Shown: one piece after another, positions 58,555 through 64,000 of the stretch
How the letters are laid out: each line of letters begins with the position of its first letter
Numbering within the stretch: position 1 is the first letter of the stretch
NCBI GenBank assembly: GCA_963664815.2
Contig: CAXXHB010000003.1
Span: 3,456,001-3,520,000, forward strand
DNA from: Spirochaetota bacterium
Lineage (GTDB): Bacteria > Spirochaetota > UBA4802 > UBA5550
Direction of reading: 5' to 3'
Length of the DNA stretch: 64,000 bases
Program-made: the position numbers and the translations under genes
The notes under the pieces: model-generated
What the model was told of the DNA's origin: nothing
Seen by the model: the letters and a program-made list of their open reading frames with translations, nothing else
The model's database searches: none

Positions 58555-59736
58555 ATGTTTGATTACCTCAAAATATATATGTTTTTCTGCATCTTAATCT
58601 TATCATGCTCCAGGGAGAATATTAAACCTATTTCAGTAGAGAAAAATTTTTCTGGTGCTTTATGGATCGAAAGACATAATATTTCAACACCGGAGAAGGT
58701 TGATGATATTGTTAACCTAGTCAGGGGGACAAATATAAAAAATTTATTCATTCAGGTTCGTGGCAGAGGAAATGCTTATTATAATTCTGAATATGAACCA
58801 CTTGCAACCAGTATACCTGATGGTTTTGATCCCTTAAAGTATCTTATAGAAAAAACCAGAAAAATGGACTTTAAAATTCATGCATGGGTTAATATCTCTT
58901 ATGTACTCGATGCCGATAAATATCCATTGGATGAAAAACATATACTGTACAAACATCCGGAGTGGATTTCATACGACTACTCCGGCAGACCTATGACAGA
59001 GTATTCTAAAAAAGAACTGGAAGATAATCTCCTTGAAGGATTTTTTCTTGATCCCGCCATTCCTGAAGTGAAAGATTATATTGCAAGTATTGTTAAAGAC
59101 ATTCTTTCAAAATATCCTGTTGATGGAATACATCTCGACTTTATTCGTTATCCCTATTCCGGTTACAGCTCTTACTCAAAAAAATACTTAAGTGATTTCG
59201 GGTATAATCCCATTGCCAGAGAAATTTTTAAAACAAAGTTTGGGTTAGATCCTATCAGTATTGACAGAGATAAAGATTCGCCTGAAAAGGAACTTTTTGA
59301 TCAATTCAGAAGAGATCAGATTACAGAAATTGTAAAAAGAATCAGGGGCATAGTAAAATCAAAGAATGAAAATCTAATACTCTCTGCAGCAGTTATGCCA
59401 AGATATGACTGGGGTAAAAAAGTATATTTTCAGGATTGGCCTAAATGGCTTGATGAACACTATATAGATCTTGCTTGTGTCATGAGTTACAGTTCCAATA
59501 ATACATGCTTTCAGGATTATATTAATTATGCAAACGATACCCATAATAATAATAGAATATTTATGGGAATAGGTGTAAAAAAAAATACAGGTATAAACAA
59601 AGCCCTGAGACAGATAGAAATTTCGTATAAAAACGGTATGAGAGGTTATGCAATTTTTAGTTTTACTCATGATAAAAAATTCATTGATGAGCTATGTGAT
59701 TTAATTAAATATAACAGATCTGTTTATAAATATTAA
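58555..59736 (+). CDS. Family 10 glycosylhydrolase-like (GHL10/YddW) lipoprotein
   Basis: QVRGRG.AYY.S, FDPL, IHAW, LDPAIPEV, VDGIHLDFIRYP, QDW..W. Confidence 0.88.
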   Translation: MFDYLKIYMFFCILILSCSRENIKPISVEKNFSGALWIERHNISTPEKVDDIVNLVRGTNIKNLFIQVRGRGNAYYNSEYEPLATSIPDGFDPLKYLIEKTRKMDFKIHAWVNISYVLDADKYPLDEKHILYKHPEWISYDYSGRPMTEYSKKELEDNLLEGFFLDPAIPEVKDYIASIVKDILSKYPVDGIHLDFIRYPYSGYSSYSKKYLSDFGYNPIAREIFKTKFGLDPISIDRDKDSPEKELFDQFRRDQITEIVKRIRGIVKSKNENLILSAAVMPRYDWGKKVYFQDWPKWLDEHYIDLACVMSYSSNNTCFQDYINYANDTHNNNRIFMGIGVKKNTGINKALRQIEISYKNGMRGYAIFSFTHDKKFIDELCDLIKYNRSVYKY

Positions 59737-59870
59737 TCATGTTTATTAAATATTTTTATAATAATACTTATTTATTCCTGTTTCACATCATTGGAAATAT
59801 TATAGAATAAAGTTCTTGATCACATTTTCTAAACTGTATAATATCAATGTATTATGTGGGCTAACACCCG

Positions 59871-59956
59871 CAACTCAACCCCTGCGAGGGATTTTGCGGG
59901 GCTTCCGCCCCGCACCCAGCTTTTGAAAAAAGTTTCAAAAAAAAGTCGAAACTTTT
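59871..59956. repeat. REP-like palindromic element
   Basis: Hairpins CCCT-GCG-AGGG, GCGGGGC-TTCC-GCCCCGC and AAAAGTTTC..GAAACTTTT in an otherwise AT-rich spacer. Confidence 0.5.
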
Positions 59957-59994
59957 AGTGAATTGTTGTATAAAAATCATTTCAAGAGGTTAGT

Positions 59995-62202
59995 TTGAAT
60001 AAAGAAAAAAGTAAAAGCAGCAAATTAATCATAGTATCGCACCGATTACCTGTCACAGTCACTTCAGGTAATGAAAAGATATCATTCACTCACAGTTCCG
60101 GTGGCCTTGCAACAGGACTGTCTTCCTACAGAACAAAAAGCAATTTTACATGGATAGGATTCAGCGGATTGATTACAGAAAAAGTGCCTGTAAATGAATC
60201 TTTGCACATATCAGATAAACTACTTAAAGATTACAGCTGTATCCCGGTAAACCTCACCGAAGAAGATATAAAGCTGTATTATAATGGTTTCAGCAACAAT
60301 ACTCTCTGGCCACTTTTTCACTACTTCCCCATTTATACCAGTTATTCCGAAGATACCTGGCTTGCATATAAAGAAGTTAACAGAAAATTCTGTTCAGAGG
60401 TACTTAAAAACGCGTCAGACGAAGACACAATATGGATACATGATTACCACCTGATGCTCCTTCCTGAGATGATCCGTGAAAAACTGCCCAAAGCCAAAAT
60501 AGGTTTTTTCCTTCATATCCCCTTTCCTTCCTCTGAAGTTTTCCGGCTCCTTCCGTATAGAAAGGAGATACTTCAAGGGCTTCTTGGGGCAGATCTGGTG
60601 GGATTTCATACATATAATTATTACAGACATTTCCTAAGCAGTGTCCTCCGGATATGCGGGAATGAAAATACCTTCGGCGAAATCGACCTGAAAGAGAGAA
60701 TGGTCAAAGCCGATGTATTTCCTATGGGTATTGATTACAGTAAATACTCAAGCCTGAACAGAGTAGGGATAAAAAAGGAGATACAGAAAATTCAGGCTAA
60801 AACCGGCGATATGAAGATTATCCTTTCGATAGATCGCCTTGATTACAGTAAGGGGGTACTTCAGAGACTGGAGGCATTTAAACTCTTTCTTGAAAAAAAT
60901 CCTGAATATCACGAAAAGGTTGTGCTGATCCTTGTAGCAGTACCTACAAGATCAGAGATAAAACTTTATCGTAATCTTAAGAACGATGTAGACAGGCTTA
61001 TTGCAAATATTAATGGGATGTTTTCAACAATATCGTGGACTCCTATCAGCTACATGTACAGGTCAATACCCATGAATATGCTGCTGGCATTCTACAATCA
61101 GGCTGATATTGCTCTTCTGACCCCACTACGTGACGGAATGAACCTCATTGCGAAGGAATATGCTGCGGCACAGAGTGTTAAAAACGGAATAATCATTTTA
61201 AGCGAGATGGCTGGTGTGGCTGAAGAGATGGGAGAAGCTATTATAGTAAATCCCAACGACAGGGTTGAAATGGCTGTTGCGATAAAACGGGCACTGGAGA
61301 TGCCTGAAGATGAACGGGTAGAACGAATCACAAAGATTAAAAAACGAGTCAAAGATTATGATATTTTCAGGTGGGCTGATGATTTTCTCACAAAACTTGT
61401 TAATAGCGAGGGAGAAACCGGTAAATATGAGAAGCTGATTCTAACCAGAAAAATTCAGAATCAGATATTATATGCCTATAAAAAAGCAAAATCAAGAATG
61501 CTTCTTCTCGATTATGATGGTACATTGGTAAATTTTCAATCTAAACCGGAGGATGCCATACCGGACGAGGAACTATATTCCATACTGGACATCATGGCTG
61601 CTAAAAATGAAAATGAGATAGTAATTATAAGCGGTCGCGGAAAAGGATATCTTGAGAAGTATTTTAACAAAAATAAAAACATTACACTTGTCGCCGAACA
61701 TGGGGCATGGCTCAGGCATCCCGGCGAGGAGTGGATACTTACAATCGATTCAGATACAAGATGGAAAACGCTGATTCGCCCGCTGCTTGAAAAATATGTA
61801 AAATACACTCCGGGTACGTTTATAGAGGAGAAAGATTTTTCTCTTGCCTGGCATTACAGGAATGCCGATCATGAATTTTCATCAATGAACTCAAAAGAAC
61901 TTAAACTTCAGCTTCTCGGTTTTATATCAAATCTTAATATAGGTCTGATGGACGGCGACAGGGTAATTGAAATAAAAAGTCTTGAAAACAGCAAGGGAAG
62001 AATGGCTTCCAGGCTTGTGGCCGCTAAAGACTACGATTTTATTCTCGCAGCAGGGGATGACATGACTGATGAGACAATGTTTGAAAAACTTCCTGAAAAT
62101 GCCTATTCCGTTAAAATAGGCCTGGGTAATACTTCGGCAAAATACAATCTTTATGATGTATATGAATTCAGAAATCTGTTAAAGAAATTCGGGGATGTTT
62201 AG
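59995..62202 (+). CDS. Bifunctional trehalose-6-phosphate synthase/phosphatase
   Basis: GT20 motifs SSGGL, WPLFHY, WIHDYHL, FLHIPFP, DRLDYSKG, RDGMNL; HAD motifs LDYDGTL, GDDMTDE. Confidence 0.95.
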   Translation: MNKEKSKSSKLIIVSHRLPVTVTSGNEKISFTHSSGGLATGLSSYRTKSNFTWIGFSGLITEKVPVNESLHISDKLLKDYSCIPVNLTEEDIKLYYNGFSNNTLWPLFHYFPIYTSYSEDTWLAYKEVNRKFCSEVLKNASDEDTIWIHDYHLMLLPEMIREKLPKAKIGFFLHIPFPSSEVFRLLPYRKEILQGLLGADLVGFHTYNYYRHFLSSVLRICGNENTFGEIDLKERMVKADVFPMGIDYSKYSSLNRVGIKKEIQKIQAKTGDMKIILSIDRLDYSKGVLQRLEAFKLFLEKNPEYHEKVVLILVAVPTRSEIKLYRNLKNDVDRLIANINGMFSTISWTPISYMYRSIPMNMLLAFYNQADIALLTPLRDGMNLIAKEYAAAQSVKNGIIILSEMAGVAEEMGEAIIVNPNDRVEMAVAIKRALEMPEDERVERITKIKKRVKDYDIFRWADDFLTKLVNSEGETGKYEKLILTRKIQNQILYAYKKAKSRMLLLDYDGTLVNFQSKPEDAIPDEELYSILDIMAAKNENEIVIISGRGKGYLEKYFNKNKNITLVAEHGAWLRHPGEEWILTIDSDTRWKTLIRPLLEKYVKYTPGTFIEEKDFSLAWHYRNADHEFSSMNSKELKLQLLGFISNLNIGLMDGDRVIEIKSLENSKGRMASRLVAAKDYDFILAAGDDMTDETMFEKLPENAYSVKIGLGNTSAKYNLYDVYEFRNLLKKFGDV

Positions 62203-62203
62203 T

Positions 62204-63829
62204 ATGGATAAACAGTGGTATAAAAACGCGGTAATATATGAATTGAGCATAAAAGGTTTCAAAGACTCAACAATGGATGGAAAAGGGGATATTAAAGGGC
62301 TGATTTCAAAACTTGATTATCTTCAGGGTCTTGGAATAGACTGTATCTGGATTCTTCCCATATATCCATCCCCCGGATTTGATGACGGATATGATATCTC
62401 CGATTACTGTTCAATCGATCCCGATTACGGTACACTTGATGATTTCAGGGAACTGGTACTTGAATCCCATAAAAGGGATATCCGCATAATAGGAGAGCTT
62501 GTCCTGAATCATACATCTGATCAGCATCCATGGTTTGTAGAAGCCCGTAAGGGTGCTGAATCAAAATTCCATAATTACTACGTCTGGTCAGATACATATA
62601 AAAAGTATCAGAATGTGAGAATAATCTTCAGCGATACGGAAAGATCAAACTGGACATGGTGCGAAGAATGCGGAAAATATTACTGGCACAGATTTTTCTC
62701 CTCTCAGCCCGATCTCAATTTTGACAATGAAGAAGTAAAGGATGAGATGAAAAGAATTTTCAGATTCTGGTTCGATCTGGGACTCGACGGTTTCAGGGTT
62801 GATGCTGTACCCTACCTCTTTGAGCGTGATGGCACAGACTGTGAAAATCTCCCCGAGACTCACCAGTTTATCAAAGACCTCAGAAAAATTATAGAAAATG
62901 AGTACCCCGACCGAATACTCCTTGCAGAAGCAAACCAATGGCCGGAAGACCTTGTTAAATATTTTGGAGTCGGAGATGAGTTTCACATGGCCTTCAATTT
63001 TCCACTTATGCCGAGAATATTTATGGCTTTCCGTAATGAAGACAGCGAACCGATTATCAGTATAATAAAACAGATACCCGAAATTCCGGGAAACTGCCAG
63101 TGGGCAATTTTTCTACGTAATCATGATGAACTTACCCTTGAAATGTGCACCGATGAAGAACGTGATGAGATGTACAGTGCCTACGCAGAAGATAAGCGAA
63201 TGCAGCTTAACAGAGGTATAAGAAGAAGGTTAAATCCACTCCTTAAAAATGATCGGAAAAAGATTGAACTTGCATATGCCATGCTTTTCACTCTTCCAGG
63301 AACTCCGGTTATTTATTACGGTGATGAAATCGGAATGGGAGACAACATTTACCTCGGAGACAGAAACGGAGTAAGAACTCCGATGCAGTGGAATGAAAAT
63401 AAAAATGCCGGATTTTCAGACTGTAAACCATCGATGCTGTATTCACCGGTAATTATCGATCCGGAATATAACTATAATGCGGTAAATGCCGAAGCTCAGT
63501 TGAACAATCAGGCCTCACTTCTAAACTTTATAAAACGGTTTATTTACAGAAGACAACAACACCCCGTTTTCGGAGAGGGCAGAATAAATTTTGTTGAAGT
63601 GAACAGCCGAAAAATACTCTCATTCGTAAGAGAGAACGAAGAGGAAAAAGCTCTCTGTATTTTTAATCTTTCATATAAAGCCGAGGCTGTCAAACTTGAC
63701 CTCAGACTGTACTCAGGCCTCGTTCCGGTTGAACTCCTTGGTGAATCAGAATTCCCGGAAATACCGGAGGATGAGAGGTATATTATTACTCTCTCCCCAT
63801 ATGCATTTTTTATTTTTATGCTGAAATAA
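62204..63829 (+). CDS. treS: Trehalose synthase TreS (maltose alpha-D-glucosyltransferase)
   Basis: GH13 motifs NHTSDQHPWF, GFRVDAVPYL, EANQWP, FLRNHDELTLE, GIRRRL. Confidence 0.95.
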   Translation: MDKQWYKNAVIYELSIKGFKDSTMDGKGDIKGLISKLDYLQGLGIDCIWILPIYPSPGFDDGYDISDYCSIDPDYGTLDDFRELVLESHKRDIRIIGELVLNHTSDQHPWFVEARKGAESKFHNYYVWSDTYKKYQNVRIIFSDTERSNWTWCEECGKYYWHRFFSSQPDLNFDNEEVKDEMKRIFRFWFDLGLDGFRVDAVPYLFERDGTDCENLPETHQFIKDLRKIIENEYPDRILLAEANQWPEDLVKYFGVGDEFHMAFNFPLMPRIFMAFRNEDSEPIISIIKQIPEIPGNCQWAIFLRNHDELTLEMCTDEERDEMYSAYAEDKRMQLNRGIRRRLNPLLKNDRKKIELAYAMLFTLPGTPVIYYGDEIGMGDNIYLGDRNGVRTPMQWNENKNAGFSDCKPSMLYSPVIIDPEYNYNAVNAEAQLNNQASLLNFIKRFIYRRQQHPVFGEGRINFVEVNSRKILSFVRENEEEKALCIFNLSYKAEAVKLDLRLYSGLVPVELLGESEFPEIPEDERYIITLSPYAFFIFMLK

Positions 63830-64000
63830 AAACGGCTGGGAACTATCAATCATGCTCCGGCTCTGACATACCTGCTTCAGTCTTTTTTATACCGTGCATG
63901 GCAATAAAAAGTAATTAACATTACAAATAATTATTTCAATATAATTTTTATCTGTATATATATAAAATCCGGACACAAAAATACAGATACTACTTTTATA

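Overview
Chromosomal window of an AT-rich, diderm, anaerobic bacterium (TonB receptors, Tat, lipoproteins, [FeFe]-hydrogenases; a Spirochaetota-like affiliation is my inference only). Left to right: housekeeping genes (nifU fragment, pgeF, murJ, an atypical tatC, tetR, hisJ-type phosphatase, fba); a LysE + TonB-receptor pair behind an attenuator-like leader; a hydrogenase locus (TM1266-type regulator, two degenerate NiFe-type maturation proteases, an NADH-linked HydABC with a response regulator inserted, and a divergent exported two-subunit [FeFe]-hydrogenase); a zinc-uptake cluster (ZnuA, YcgQR-like, ZevAB-like, ZrgBCD-like) headed by a DUF2946-like possible arrest peptide; a TonB receptor/ABC/CobN/frameshifted-chlD/TonB operon; an HMG-box-like basic orphan; a degenerate 5'-nucleotidase fused to a beta-barrel; and an osmotic-stress region (ClC, mscS pseudogene, NhaP, IS701-family element, sigma54-linked OmpA/MotB lipoprotein, two-component system, GHL10, TPS/TPP, TreS). 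No rRNA, tRNA or CRISPR array was recognised. All assignments come from reading motifs by eye; no searches were run.
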